From: Burkholderiales bacterium | GTDB lineage: Bacteria > Pseudomonadota > Gammaproteobacteria > Burkholderiales > JAEUOS01 | Direction: 5' to 3' | DNA: 64,000 nt | Assembly (NCBI GenBank): GCA_965279115.1 | Contig: OZ257137.1 | Coordinates: 1,206,587 to 1,270,586, forward strand | Shown here: one piece after another, positions 50,213-61,749 of the stretch | Numbering within the stretch: the stretch's first letter is position 1 | Layout: every line of letters starts with the position of its first letter | The notes under the pieces: model-generated | Told to the model about the DNA's origin: nothing | Database searches by the model: none | The model's input: only the letters and a program-made list of their open reading frames with translations | Position numbers and translations under genes: made by a program

Positions 50213-50381
50213 GCGGTCTCCGATTCCCGTGAGGTATATCGTTGTCGGCGCGTCTTGCCGGGGCACGTCGATTCGTGACACCCGCAAAACATTCCCGTTG
50301 CCGGCGCATATCCCATGCCATACGTGAGGGTCAACAAAATCAAGCGCTTGCCATTCCCCTTCGCGAAAAATCGAGATCATC

Positions 50382-50417
50382 GGGGCATTTGACCAATCGC
50401 GTAGGGGCAAATGCCCC
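50382..50417. repeat. Perfect 10-bp inverted repeat GGGGCATTTG-N16-CAAATGCCCC, ~75 nt downstream of tRNA-Gly
   Basis: Arms at 50382-50391 and 50408-50417. It overlaps the putative start of the long (227-aa) ORF version. Confidence 0.6.
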
Positions 50418-50493
50418 ATTCATGACGGGGGAAGCCATGCGCCAGCGCTGCTGGCAGGCGTCGAACGAATGGGGGGAAAGAAAGGAAGAACGC

Positions 50494-50567
50494 TGGAGCG
50501 GGTGAAGGGAATCGAACCCTCGTCGTAAGCTTGGGAAGCTTCTGCTCTACCATTGAGCTACACCCGC
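50494..50567 (-). tRNA. tRNA-Gly (anticodon CCC), CCA encoded
   Basis: The minus strand reads GCGGGTGTAGCTCAATGGTAGAGCAGAAGCTTCCCAAGCTTACGACGAGGGTTCGATTCCCTTCACCCGCTCCA. The cloverleaf folds by hand (7-bp acceptor, GCTC/GAGC D stem, TTCCCAA anticodon loop, GAGGG/CCCTT T stem with TTCGATT loop). One 27:43 mismatch. Confidence 0.9.
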
Positions 50568-50622
50568 AGCGGCTTGGATTTTACGATGTTTTGCCTGCGC
50601 CTTCCATCCGTGCCCGCCGGCT

Positions 50623-51243
50623 TCAAGGATGGGCCGACAGCAGTCCGCCATCGAGTGCGCGCCACAAGTACATCGCCAGGTAGGACCGATAGGGCGCGGC
50701 CGCACCGGGATCGAATCGTTGCCTGCGCCGGCTTCCACGCACATGCAGGCGCTCCTCGATCAGCGCCAGCGCACGCTGGATGCTGCCATCGGCCGCCGGA
50801 AATATGTCCTCGTGCCCAACATAGAACAGCGCGATGATGGACGCGGTCCAGTCGCCCAGGCCGCGATACTGCTTGATCGCGGCCATCAAGTCGTCCGGCG
50901 GCAGGCCATACCAGTGGTCCAGCGCCGCCGCGTCGCGCCCGACATGGACTGCGATGTCGCAGATCGTGCGCGCCTTGCTGCCGCTCAGGCCGCAGGCGCG
51001 CAGGCTTTCATGGTCCAGCAGCCACGATCCCGGCAACCGCGCCGCCTCTGCGCGGACACGGACGCGCTCGTAAATGGTCGCCGCCGCCTGCGCCGACAGC
51101 ATCTGCCCTGCCACCACGCGCACCAGGGCTTCGGGCAATGGAATGTCGCGGCGCTTGAGCTTCGGCACGGTCTTCATGCCGTCAAGCAGCCCGGCAATCT
51201 CCGGGCAGGAGGCCTGCAGATGCCGCTTGATCCTGATGCTCAT
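50623..51243 (-). CDS. DNA-3-methyladenine glycosylase II-like (HhH-GPD family)
   Basis: 206 aa. LRACGLSGSKARTICDIA is the helix-hairpin-helix, and ...FPAADGSIQRAL carries the catalytic Asp region. Confidence 0.75.
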   Translation of the reverse strand: MSIRIKRHLQASCPEIAGLLDGMKTVPKLKRRDIPLPEALVRVVAGQMLSAQAAATIYERVRVRAEAARLPGSWLLDHESLRACGLSGSKARTICDIAVHVGRDAAALDHWYGLPPDDLMAAIKQYRGLGDWTASIIALFYVGHEDIFPAADGSIQRALALIEERLHVRGSRRRQRFDPGAAAPYRSYLAMYLWRALDGGLLSAHP

Positions 51244-51407
51244 TGATGCCGGTCCCGGATGGATTGCGCGTGCCGATCATAGCCCAGCCGCGCGCGCCAA
51301 AGGCACGACGCGCCCATTCCGGCGGTCATTGGCTCGGCTCCGCCCCGCTTCCGATAAACTGGCGCCCTTCCCGCGTTGCACCCACCTTTTTTGCAAGAGC
51401 ACCCGCA

Positions 51408-51611
51408 GTGATCGACGTCACCGTCAACGGCGAGCCCCGCCATCTCGATTCCGGCATCTCCGTGGCGGCCCTGCTGGCGCAGATGGCGCTGGCCGGCAAG
51501 CGCGTGGCGGTGGAAAGAAACGGTGAGATCGTGCCCAAGGGGCGCCATGCGGAAACCGTTCTTGCCGCTGGTGACAAGCTGGAAATCGTCGCCGCGGTGG
51601 GTGGCGGCTGA
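51408..51611 (+). CDS. thiS: Sulfur-carrier protein ThiS
   Basis: Part of track ORF 51243..51611. The GTG at 51408 gives [13 protein letters not shown]...[10 protein letters not shown] with the C-terminal GG. Confidence 0.85.
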   Translation: MIDVTVNGEPRHLDSGISVAALLAQMALAGKRVAVERNGEIVPKGRHAETVLAAGDKLEIVAAVGGG

Positions 51612-51625
51612 ATAGGAATACCGAT

Positions 51626-52435
51626 ATGGACATGACATTGAACGACAAGCCGTTCGAGATCGCCGGCAAGGTGTACCCCTCGCGCCTGCTGGTAGGCACC
51701 GGCAAGTACAAGGATTTCGACGAAACCCGCACTGCCATCGAGGCCTCGGGCGCACAAATCGTCACCGTGGCGATCCGCCGCACCAACCTCGGCCAGGATG
51801 CAAGTTCGCCCTCGCTCCTGGATTACCTCCCACCTTCGAAATACACGCTTTTGCCCAACACCGCTGGCTGCTACACCGCCGATGACGCGGTGCGCACCCT
51901 GCGCCTGGCGCGCGAACTGCTTGACGGCCACTCGCTGGTGAAGCTTGAAGTGCTGGGCGACCCGCACACGCTCTACCCGAACATGCCGGAAACGGTCGCC
52001 GCGGCAAAAACACTGGTCGCCGACGGTTTCCAGGTGATGGTGTATTGCAGCGACGACCCCATCCTCGCGCGGCAGCTCGAAGAAATCGGCTGCGTGGCGG
52101 TGATGCCGCTGGCCTCGCTGATCGGCTCGGGCATGGGCATTCTCAACCCCTGGAACCTTTCGCTCATCATCGAAAAAGCACGCGTGCCGGTGATTGTCGA
52201 TGCCGGCGTGGGCACCGCCTCCGACGCCGCTATCGCCATGGAACTCGGCTGCGATGGCGTATTGATGAACACCGCCATTGCGGCCGCCAGGAATCCGGTG
52301 CTCATGGCTTCCGCCATGAACAAGGCGGTGCAGGCGGGGCGCGAGGCCTTTCTCGCCGGCCGCATGCCACGCAAGCTTTACTCCGCCACTCCTTCTTCGC
52401 CGACCGCGGGCATGATCGCCGCCAAGGGCGCCTGA
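51626..52435 (+). CDS. thiG: Thiazole synthase
   Basis: [25 protein letters not shown] and NTAGC are the typical ThiG pattern. Confidence 0.95.
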   Translation: MDMTLNDKPFEIAGKVYPSRLLVGTGKYKDFDETRTAIEASGAQIVTVAIRRTNLGQDASSPSLLDYLPPSKYTLLPNTAGCYTADDAVRTLRLARELLDGHSLVKLEVLGDPHTLYPNMPETVAAAKTLVADGFQVMVYCSDDPILARQLEEIGCVAVMPLASLIGSGMGILNPWNLSLIIEKARVPVIVDAGVGTASDAAIAMELGCDGVLMNTAIAAARNPVLMASAMNKAVQAGREAFLAGRMPRKLYSATPSSPTAGMIAAKGA

Positions 52436-52498
52436 TCGCCACCGCCCAGCCGGGCGCCGCAGCAAGGAAAAGGCGCCGGTCATCGGCGTGGGTCCCAC

Positions 52499-53281
52499 AT
52501 GCAGAACACTGACACCCCCGAACCGGATGCAACCCCGGCCACGGACCCCGCCGCGCGCCTGACAACGCAGTCGATCCGCAGCTTCGTGTTGCGCCAGGGA
52601 CGCATGTCGCCGGCGCAAACCCGCGCCTATGAAACGCTGTATCCCCGCTATGGCCTGTCATACGTCGCAGGCCCGCTTGATTTCGAGCGAATCTTCGGTA
52701 GAGCCGCCCCCGTGGTGCTGGAAATCGGCTTCGGCATGGGCGAGACCACCGCACGCATCGCCGCCGCCTTGTCACAGACCGACTTTCTCGGACTCGAGGT
52801 GCACGCACCCGGCGTGGGCGCCCTGCTCAAGCTGCTCGAGGAAGGCAATCTCAACAACGTGCGCGTGATCCGGCACGATGCCGTCGAAGTGGTGCGCGAC
52901 ATGATCGCTCCCGGCAGCCTGGCCGGCATACACATCTTCTTCCCCGACCCGTGGCCCAAGGCGCGCCATCACAAGCGCCGCCTGGTGCAGGGGCCATTCG
53001 TCGCCCTGCTGGCCAGCCGGCTGGCCCCCGGTGGCTACCTGCATTGCGCCACCGATTGGGAAGAATACGGCCAGCAAATGCTGGAAGTCCTCTCCGCCGA
53101 ACCCCTGCTCGAAAACACGGCAGCGGGGTTCGCCGAGCGACCGGACTACCGCCCGCTCACCAAGTTTGAAAATCGCGGCATCCGCCTTGGGCATCAGGTG
53201 TGCGATGTAGTATTCCGCAGGAACACTAGAGCCACGACCGAATCCGGCAACGACACCACGAAACCACAAGGAACCTCATGA
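52499..53281 (+). CDS. trmB: tRNA (guanine46-N7)-methyltransferase
   Basis: [10 protein letters not shown] (SAM motif), FFPDPWPK and HKRR. Confidence 0.9.
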   Translation: MQNTDTPEPDATPATDPAARLTTQSIRSFVLRQGRMSPAQTRAYETLYPRYGLSYVAGPLDFERIFGRAAPVVLEIGFGMGETTARIAAALSQTDFLGLEVHAPGVGALLKLLEEGNLNNVRVIRHDAVEVVRDMIAPGSLAGIHIFFPDPWPKARHHKRRLVQGPFVALLASRLAPGGYLHCATDWEEYGQQMLEVLSAEPLLENTAAGFAERPDYRPLTKFENRGIRLGHQVCDVVFRRNTRATTESGNDTTKPQGTS

Positions 53282-53886
53282 AAAAGCTTCGCAGCCTGGC
53301 ATTGACGACGATTCTGCTGGCAGCCGCAGTGCCGGTGAACGCACAACTGCGGGCCCCGGCGCCACCGCCACCCGCGGCGGCACCAGGGCCGGGGCCGTCG
53401 GCGGGGGGCGCACCGCAAGGCCCGGCCGGCGGACCGCAGCAAGTCGATCCGCTGACCCGCGAATTCCGCGAATGCATACAGAAAGCCCAGGCAGCCATGC
53501 AGGCGGCCAAGGCCGATGACCCGGGTGCGGTCCACGCCTGTCTCACGGGGGAAATCAAGCGTCAGGACAGTCGCCTGGCCAATGCGACGCAGAAGGTCCT
53601 CAAGGTCATACCGCCCGATGGCAGGAAAAAACTCGAGACCGCCAATGCCGATTGGCGCCGCTATCGCGGCAGCGAATGCGCATTCATGGCCGACGAGAAC
53701 GGCCCGCCGCCGGCCAACCTGCAAAACGCCGATTGCCGCCTGCGCATGACCGCCCTGCGCGCCGCCGATCTCGACAATCTGGCCGGCATGCTGTCGCGCC
53801 AGGAAGCCGCCTTCAAGGCGCAACAGGAGAACGCGGCGCCGGCACCCGCAACTCCCGGCGCAGCTCCGCCAGCCCCTGCCAAATAG
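53278..53886 (+). CDS. Secreted DUF1311 (LprI-like) protein with a Pro/Ala-rich linker
   Basis: Signal peptide [23 protein letters not shown], and ...[15 protein letters not shown].... The ATG overlaps the trmB stop (ATGA). Confidence 0.65.
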   Translation: MKKLRSLALTTILLAAAVPVNAQLRAPAPPPPAAAPGPGPSAGGAPQGPAGGPQQVDPLTREFRECIQKAQAAMQAAKADDPGAVHACLTGEIKRQDSRLANATQKVLKVIPPDGRKKLETANADWRRYRGSECAFMADENGPPPANLQNADCRLRMTALRAADLDNLAGMLSRQEAAFKAQQENAAPAPATPGAAPPAPAK

Positions 53887-53916
53887 CGATCTTGCCCGCG
53901 CGGTTTGCAGGCGCCA

Positions 53917-54747
53917 TCAGTTCGTCCAGGTCACCCAGCCGAACTGCCAGGTCACCAGCACCACGGCGCCAAAGACGATGCGATACCAGGCGAAAGGCTT
54001 GAAGTCGTGGGTGGAGACGAAGCGGATCAGCCAGCGCACGCAGGCATAGGCGCTGATGAAGGCCGTGATGAAGCCGGTCGCCCACATGCCGATGTCGTCC
54101 ATCGAGAGCAGCGCACGCTCCTTGTAGAGCGAATACAGCGATGCCGCCACCAGGGTCGGCACGGCCAGAAAGAATGAGAACTCGGTCGCAGCCTTGCGCG
54201 ACAGGCCGAACAGCATGCCGCCGATAATGGTCGCGCCGGACCGGCTGGTGCCCGGCAGCAGCGCGAAGGTCTGCGCGATGCCGAGCTTGAGCGCGTCGAG
54301 AGCGGTCATGTCCTCAACTTCGGCCACCCGCACCGGCCGTGCCGCGCGTCCCGCGCGCTCGACCCACAGGATGACAATACCGCCCAGAATGAAGGTGATG
54401 GCTACCGTGATCGCATTGAACAGGTGCGCCTTGATGGCCTTGTTGAAGGCCAGCCCCAGAATGGCCAGCGGCATGAAGGCGATGGCCAGGTTGGTCCAGA
54501 AACGCCGCGCGCGCGGATCGGTCGCAATGCCGGTGAAGGCGCCCCACAGCCGCTGGCGGTATTCCACACATACCGCCAGGATGGCGCCGCTCTGGATGAC
54601 GATTTCGAACAGCTTGGCCTTGTCGCCGACAAAACCGACCAACTGGCCGGCCAGGATGAGGTGGCCGGTGGAGGAAATGGGCAAAAACTCAGTGAGGCCT
54701 TCGACCACCCCGAGGATGGCGGCCTTGATCAAGAGCGGGATATCCAT
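53917..54747 (-). CDS. uppP: Undecaprenyl-diphosphate phosphatase
   Basis: [18 protein letters not shown] and [10 protein letters not shown] are the BacA/UppP motifs. Confidence 0.95.
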   Translation of the reverse strand: MDIPLLIKAAILGVVEGLTEFLPISSTGHLILAGQLVGFVGDKAKLFEIVIQSGAILAVCVEYRQRLWGAFTGIATDPRARRFWTNLAIAFMPLAILGLAFNKAIKAHLFNAITVAITFILGGIVILWVERAGRAARPVRVAEVEDMTALDALKLGIAQTFALLPGTSRSGATIIGGMLFGLSRKAATEFSFFLAVPTLVAASLYSLYKERALLSMDDIGMWATGFITAFISAYACVRWLIRFVSTHDFKPFAWYRIVFGAVVLVTWQFGWVTWTN

Positions 54748-54895
54748 GGGCGGATTTTACCTGCCGCACTCGCTGCCTACGCTCCGGTTCGGCTGTTCCA
54801 CAGAGAAATTGCAGCGCAATGGGTAATGATTTCCCGTGTTGCAACGACCAAACGGGTACGCCAGTCTGCGTCCAGCAAACCACCGGGTCAACTTC

Positions 54896-55534
54896 ATGCC
54901 AGATCGCCGCAAATTCCTGTGCTCCGCCGCAACTCTTGCCACCGCGGCCGCCTGGCTTGTTCCCGAACGCGCGCATGCGCAAGGCACGACCAACATCATC
55001 GAGCTCAAGGGCGATGTGCAGGTCAACGGGCGCCGCCTGCGCCCGGACGGCATCATCCAGACCGGGGATCGCATCCAGTCCGGGCCGGGCAGCACGCTGG
55101 GCTTCACCATCAACCGGGATGCGTTCCTGATCCGGCCCAACAGCGACATTTCGATCACTCGGGGCGGCTCGCTGTTTGTGGCCGATGGCCTGCGCCTCAT
55201 CACCGGCGCCGTGATAAGTGTGTTCGGCCGCAGCAGCCAGCCCCGCCAGGTGATCGCGCCGACCGTGACGGCCGGCATTCGCGGCACCGGGTTTTACGTC
55301 GAGGCCCGACCTGATTCAACTTACTTCTGCACCTGCTTCGGCGTCATTGACCTGAGCGCCGCGAATGGCACGCGCGAAACGGTCACCTCGACCCACCATG
55401 CGGCCCGGCGCATCCTGGCAGCCCCCTCGGGCGCTGCGGCGATCGTCCCGGCCCCGATGGAAAACCACGAGGATGCAGAACTCGACCAGTTGGCGGTTCT
55501 GGTGGGACAGCGCACGCCCTGGTACCGGCGCTGA
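54896..55534 (+). CDS. Tat-signal periplasmic protein with a FecR-like beta-sandwich region (hypothetical)
   Basis: Track ORF 54836..55534. Start refined to MPDRRKFLCSAATLATAAAWLVPERAHA (RRxFL twin-arginine motif). The body resembles FecR-domain proteins by eye only. Confidence 0.5.
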   Translation: MPDRRKFLCSAATLATAAAWLVPERAHAQGTTNIIELKGDVQVNGRRLRPDGIIQTGDRIQSGPGSTLGFTINRDAFLIRPNSDISITRGGSLFVADGLRLITGAVISVFGRSSQPRQVIAPTVTAGIRGTGFYVEARPDSTYFCTCFGVIDLSAANGTRETVTSTHHAARRILAAPSGAAAIVPAPMENHEDAELDQLAVLVGQRTPWYRR

Positions 55535-55550
55535 GCGGCCGGAAGCCAGG

Positions 55551-56795
55551 CTACTCGTAGCGCAAGGCCTCGATGGGCCGCAGGCGTGATGCCTTGCGGG
55601 CCGGGTAGAAGCCGAAGAAGATGCCGATGCCGGCGGCGAAACCGACCGCCAGCAACACGGCCTCGGCCTGGATTTCCACCCGCCAGCCGGCGAAGTTGCC
55701 GATCGCCGCCGAGCCGGCAAACCCCAGCAGCACACCCGCCAGGCCGCCAATCATCGACAGCGTCACCGCCTCGACCAGGAACTGATTGAGGATATCGCGG
55801 CCGCGCGCGCCAACCGCCATGCGCAGGCCGATCTCGCGGGTGCGCTCGGTCACCGACACCAGCATGATGTTCATGATGCCGATGCCGCCCACCAGCAGCG
55901 ACACGCCGGCAACGGCGGCCAGCAGGATGGTCATGATCTTCGACGAGGCCTCCTGCGCCTGCAGGATCTCGGTCAGGTTGCGGATGGTGAAATCGTCGTC
56001 CTGGCTGGATTGCAGGCGGTGGCGCTGCCGCATCAGGAGACGGATTTTTTCCTCCGCCTCGGACATCGACATGCCGTCGCGGGTCTTGATGGAGATGGTA
56101 CCGACGCGGCGCTGCTTGCCGGCCTGGTTGCCGAACAGGCGATTGCGCGCGGTCGACAGCGGCACGAAGATCACGTCGTCCTGGTCTTGCCCCAGCATGC
56201 TCTGGCCCTTTTTCGCCAGCACGCCGATCACGGTGAAGGGCACCTGGCGCACGCGGATGGTCTGGCCGATCGCGTCGTCCGGTACAGCGGTCTCGCCAAA
56301 CAACTTGGCCATTACCGATTGCCCGATCACGGCCACCTTGCCCGCGCTGCCCAGCTCCGCCGCCTCGAAATCGCGCCCGCCCGCCAGCGGCCATTCGCGC
56401 GCCTCGAAATAGTCGTTGTTCACGCCGTAGAAGGTGGTCGACCAGTTGCTGTTGCCGAAAATCGCCTGGCCAGTGCCGCGTGTCGACGGCGCCGCCACCT
56501 GTACCTCGGGCACTTCGCGCACGATCGCGGCGGCATCGTCCTCTGTCAGCGACTGCGAGCTGCCGGCGCCGCCGCGCGCCCCGCCGGCCACGGTGGAGCC
56601 CGGGAACATGATCATGATGTTGCTGCCGAGCGACTTGATCTGCTCCTCGACCCGCGCCTGCGCCCCGTTGCCCACCGCCAGCATGGTGATGACCGCTCCC
56701 ACGCCGATGATGATGCCCAGCATGGTGAGGATGGAGCGCAACTTGTTCACGCGCAACGCGTTCAAGCCGATGCGCAAGGTCGCCAGCAGGTTCAT
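55551..56795 (-). CDS. MacB-type ABC transporter permease (FtsX-like, MacB periplasmic domain)
   Basis: 414 aa. LRVNKLRSILTMLGIIIGVGAV and the C-terminal FGFYPARKASRLRPIEALRYE. Confidence 0.9.
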   Translation of the reverse strand: MNLLATLRIGLNALRVNKLRSILTMLGIIIGVGAVITMLAVGNGAQARVEEQIKSLGSNIMIMFPGSTVAGGARGGAGSSQSLTEDDAAAIVREVPEVQVAAPSTRGTGQAIFGNSNWSTTFYGVNNDYFEAREWPLAGGRDFEAAELGSAGKVAVIGQSVMAKLFGETAVPDDAIGQTIRVRQVPFTVIGVLAKKGQSMLGQDQDDVIFVPLSTARNRLFGNQAGKQRRVGTISIKTRDGMSMSEAEEKIRLLMRQRHRLQSSQDDDFTIRNLTEILQAQEASSKIMTILLAAVAGVSLLVGGIGIMNIMLVSVTERTREIGLRMAVGARGRDILNQFLVEAVTLSMIGGLAGVLLGFAGSAAIGNFAGWRVEIQAEAVLLAVGFAAGIGIFFGFYPARKASRLRPIEALRYE

Positions 56796-57511
56796 GCCGT
56801 GGCCTCGGGCGCGGCGGACACCGGCTGGTTGACGCGGTCCTCGACGACACGGCCATCGCGAAAAGTGATGATGCGCCGCGAGAAATTGGCCACATCCTGC
56901 TCGTGCGTGACCAGCACCACGGTGATGCCTTCGCTGTTCAATTGCTGGAGCAGGGCCATCACCTCGACGCTGGTCTTCGAGTCCAGGGCGCCGGTGGGCT
57001 CGTCGGCCAGGATCAGGACCGGATCATTGACCAGGGCGCGCGCGATGGCCACACGCTGCTGCTGCCCGCCCGAGAGCTGTGAAGGCTGGTGGTCAAGGCG
57101 GTTGCCAAGCCCCACCTGGGTGAGACGGCGCGTCGCGCGCTCGCGTCGCTGGCCCTTCGGAACACCGGAATACAAAAGCGGCAGTTCCACGTTTTCCAGC
57201 GCCGCGGTGCGCGCCAGCAGGTTGAATTGCTGGAATACGAAGCCGATACGGCGGTTGCGCACGCTCGACAATGCGTCGCCGGTCATGCCGGCCACGTTCT
57301 CGCCGGCCAGGAAGTACTCGCCTCCGGTCGGCGCATCCAGGCAACCGATCAGGTTCATGAAGGTGGATTTGCCGGAGCCCGAAGGCCCCATCACGGCCAC
57401 AAACTCGCCGGCTTCGATCGTCAGCGAAACACCGTCAAGCGCCCGGACGACGTTGTCGCCCATGCGGTACTCCTTGGTGAGATTGCGTGCAACGACAAGT
57501 GGCTGGGCCAT
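56792..57511 (-). CDS. MacB/LolD-type ABC transporter ATP-binding protein
   Basis: GPSGSGKST, LSGGQQQRVAIARAL and ILADEPTGALD. 4-nt overlap with the permease gene. Confidence 0.95.
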   Translation of the reverse strand: MAQPLVVARNLTKEYRMGDNVVRALDGVSLTIEAGEFVAVMGPSGSGKSTFMNLIGCLDAPTGGEYFLAGENVAGMTGDALSSVRNRRIGFVFQQFNLLARTAALENVELPLLYSGVPKGQRRERATRRLTQVGLGNRLDHQPSQLSGGQQQRVAIARALVNDPVLILADEPTGALDSKTSVEVMALLQQLNSEGITVVLVTHEQDVANFSRRIITFRDGRVVEDRVNQPVSAAPEATA

Positions 57512-57528
57512 GGGTACCCGCTGATCGC

Positions 57529-59166
57529 TCAGAACGGCATCCGCGGACCGCGCGGAGCACCGGCCGGCGCCGCCGCTCCGCCCTTGCCTGCCACCGGGGC
57601 CAGACCGATGAGCACCTCCTGGCCCTCCTTGAGGTCACCACCGACGATTTCCGTCATGCTGCCGTCGCTGAGCCCGAGGCGCAGCTGAACCGCCTTGGGC
57701 TGGCCCTTGCCCTTGTCGCCCGTGTCGGCCACCCAGACCCTGCCACGCGCGGGTGCGCGCCCGGTCTGTTCGGCGATGATCTCGGTGTAGCGCTTCTTCT
57801 GCTCCTCGCTCAGGATCGCCATCATTTTCTCGCGGATCTCGGCACGGTTGCGCTCGACGGCCTTGGGACGCTCTTCTTCCGGCATGTCGCGCAAGGCCAT
57901 GAATTTTTCACGCATGCCCGCAAAGATCGCCTCGGTCTTGGCTTGCTGGTCCGCATCAAGCTTCAATTCCGCGACCAGACGCTCGCGCTGCGCCGCGAAG
58001 CCGCCGCGCCCGCCACCCTGTCCTGCCCCGCCGGCGGCGGCAGCAGGCGTCGCAGCGGCGCCCGAGCCGCCCGGGGCAGCGCCGCCACCCGCAGGCGTCT
58101 CTTCGGTGACGCCCGGGGGGCGGAAACGCAATGCGCTGTTGGCCACCTTGAGGGCACTGTCGCGACGGTCGGTAACGATGCGCACACTGGCTGTCATGCC
58201 GGGCAAAAGGTTGAGATCGGGATTGGCCGCCGAAATCACCACGGTGTAGGTCACCACGTTCGAAACGGTCTGCGCGGCCTTGCGCACCTGCCGCACCGCG
58301 CCGCTGAAAGTGCGGCCCGGAAACGAATCCACGGTGAAGGTGGCGCTCTGGCCGACGCGAATGCGCCCGACATCGGACTCGTCGATCGCCGCCTCGACCT
58401 GCATGTCGGCCAGGTTGCGCGCGATGATGAAAAGCTCCGGCGCCTGCAATGAAGCGGCGACCGTCTGGCCCGGTTCGATCGAGCGCTTGACCACCACGCC
58501 GTTGACAGGCGACCGGATCGCCGTACGCTCGAGATCTATCTTGGCCTGCGCCAGTTGCGCGGTACGTTGGCTCACCACCGCCTCGGAATTCTTTGCGGTG
58601 GCCACCGCCACCCCGAGCTGCGCGCGCGCCGAATCAAGGCCGGCCAGTTGCGCCTTGTAGAGCGACTCGGCACGGTCGGCCTCGGAAGCGGCGATGAAGT
58701 TCTTCTCGACCAGCGACTTCTTGCGCTCGTAGTCGCGCTTGGCGTCAGCGAGGTTGGCTTCGGCGCGCGCCACCTCGGCCTTCTGCACCGCCACATTCGC
58801 CTGCTGAGTACCTACCGAAGCGCGCGCCGCATCGAGATCGGCCTGCGCCTGGTTGAGGCGATACTGGATCTGCTCGGGATCGATGCGCGCGATCAGCTGG
58901 TCCTTCTTGACCTCGCTGTTGAAGTCGACAAAGATCTCCTTGATCTGCCCGGAGACCTGTGACCCCACCGATACCGAAACCACCGGATTGAGTATGCCGG
59001 TGGCGGCGACCGTCGCCACCAGGGCGCCCTTCTCGACCTTGGCGATGCGGAACTTCTGCGCTTCGTCCTTGACGCCGTACTGGCTGTAGGCGTACCACGC
59101 GCCAGCGGCCGCTGCCGCGGCCAGGAGCCACCACCACCACTTGCTGCGTTTTGCGCCGGATGCCAT
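57529..59166 (-). CDS. MacA/HlyD-type periplasmic adaptor with a ~120-aa internal Gly/Ala-rich + LTXXQ-like helical insertion
   Basis: 545 aa with an N-terminal TM. It has lipoyl, coiled-coil and barrel regions (VSGQIKEIFVDFNSEVKKDQLIARID...IRSPVNGVVV...) and a C-terminal MP domain (...SMTEIVGGDLKEGQEVLIG). The insertion is described in the findings. Confidence 0.85.
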   Translation of the reverse strand: MASGAKRSKWWWWLLAAAAAAGAWYAYSQYGVKDEAQKFRIAKVEKGALVATVAATGILNPVVSVSVGSQVSGQIKEIFVDFNSEVKKDQLIARIDPEQIQYRLNQAQADLDAARASVGTQQANVAVQKAEVARAEANLADAKRDYERKKSLVEKNFIAASEADRAESLYKAQLAGLDSARAQLGVAVATAKNSEAVVSQRTAQLAQAKIDLERTAIRSPVNGVVVKRSIEPGQTVAASLQAPELFIIARNLADMQVEAAIDESDVGRIRVGQSATFTVDSFPGRTFSGAVRQVRKAAQTVSNVVTYTVVISAANPDLNLLPGMTASVRIVTDRRDSALKVANSALRFRPPGVTEETPAGGGAAPGGSGAAATPAAAAGGAGQGGGRGGFAAQRERLVAELKLDADQQAKTEAIFAGMREKFMALRDMPEEERPKAVERNRAEIREKMMAILSEEQKKRYTEIIAEQTGRAPARGRVWVADTGDKGKGQPKAVQLRLGLSDGSMTEIVGGDLKEGQEVLIGLAPVAGKGGAAAPAGAPRGPRMPF

Positions 59167-59275
59167 GGAATTTCAGTCTGTGCGGGTTCTTGCGGACGCC
59201 TCGATTGTAGGGGGATTTGCCCCCCGCAATCGAAGCCCGTTTGTAACCAGCCGTGAACCCCGGCGAGCAGCCGGG

Positions 59276-61576
<2,301 letters not shown>

Positions 61577-61749
61577 GAATGTCTCGCTGCGTGCGTGAAT
61601 GAGGGCCATGCGCGTGGGAAACACGCCGGAACAGCCTCAAAACCGGGGCTGCGAAGTCTACTCCGCTTGCCATTGCCGGGGTAGTTGCCGCGCACGTCAA
61701 CACGCCCTCTGGCAGACTAGAATCGGGGTTTACCCGAAGAATCGAATCG

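Noticed and set aside
49736-50419. The full 227-aa version of the NinX-like ORF.
   Set aside because: The N-terminal 69 aa have no recognisable similarity. Their coding region contains a perfect 10-bp hairpin at the putative start, and the internal ATG at 50212 has a good RBS and begins exactly where NinX-family similarity starts. It is kept as an alternative only.
51244-51407. Expected a TPP (THI-box) riboswitch upstream of thiS-thiG.
   Set aside because: I could not find the conserved CTGAGA ... ACCTGATCTGGATAATGCCAGCG-type elements on either strand. The region seems to be an ordinary promoter/leader shared with the divergent alkA-like gene. A cmsearch with the TPP model would be the decisive test.
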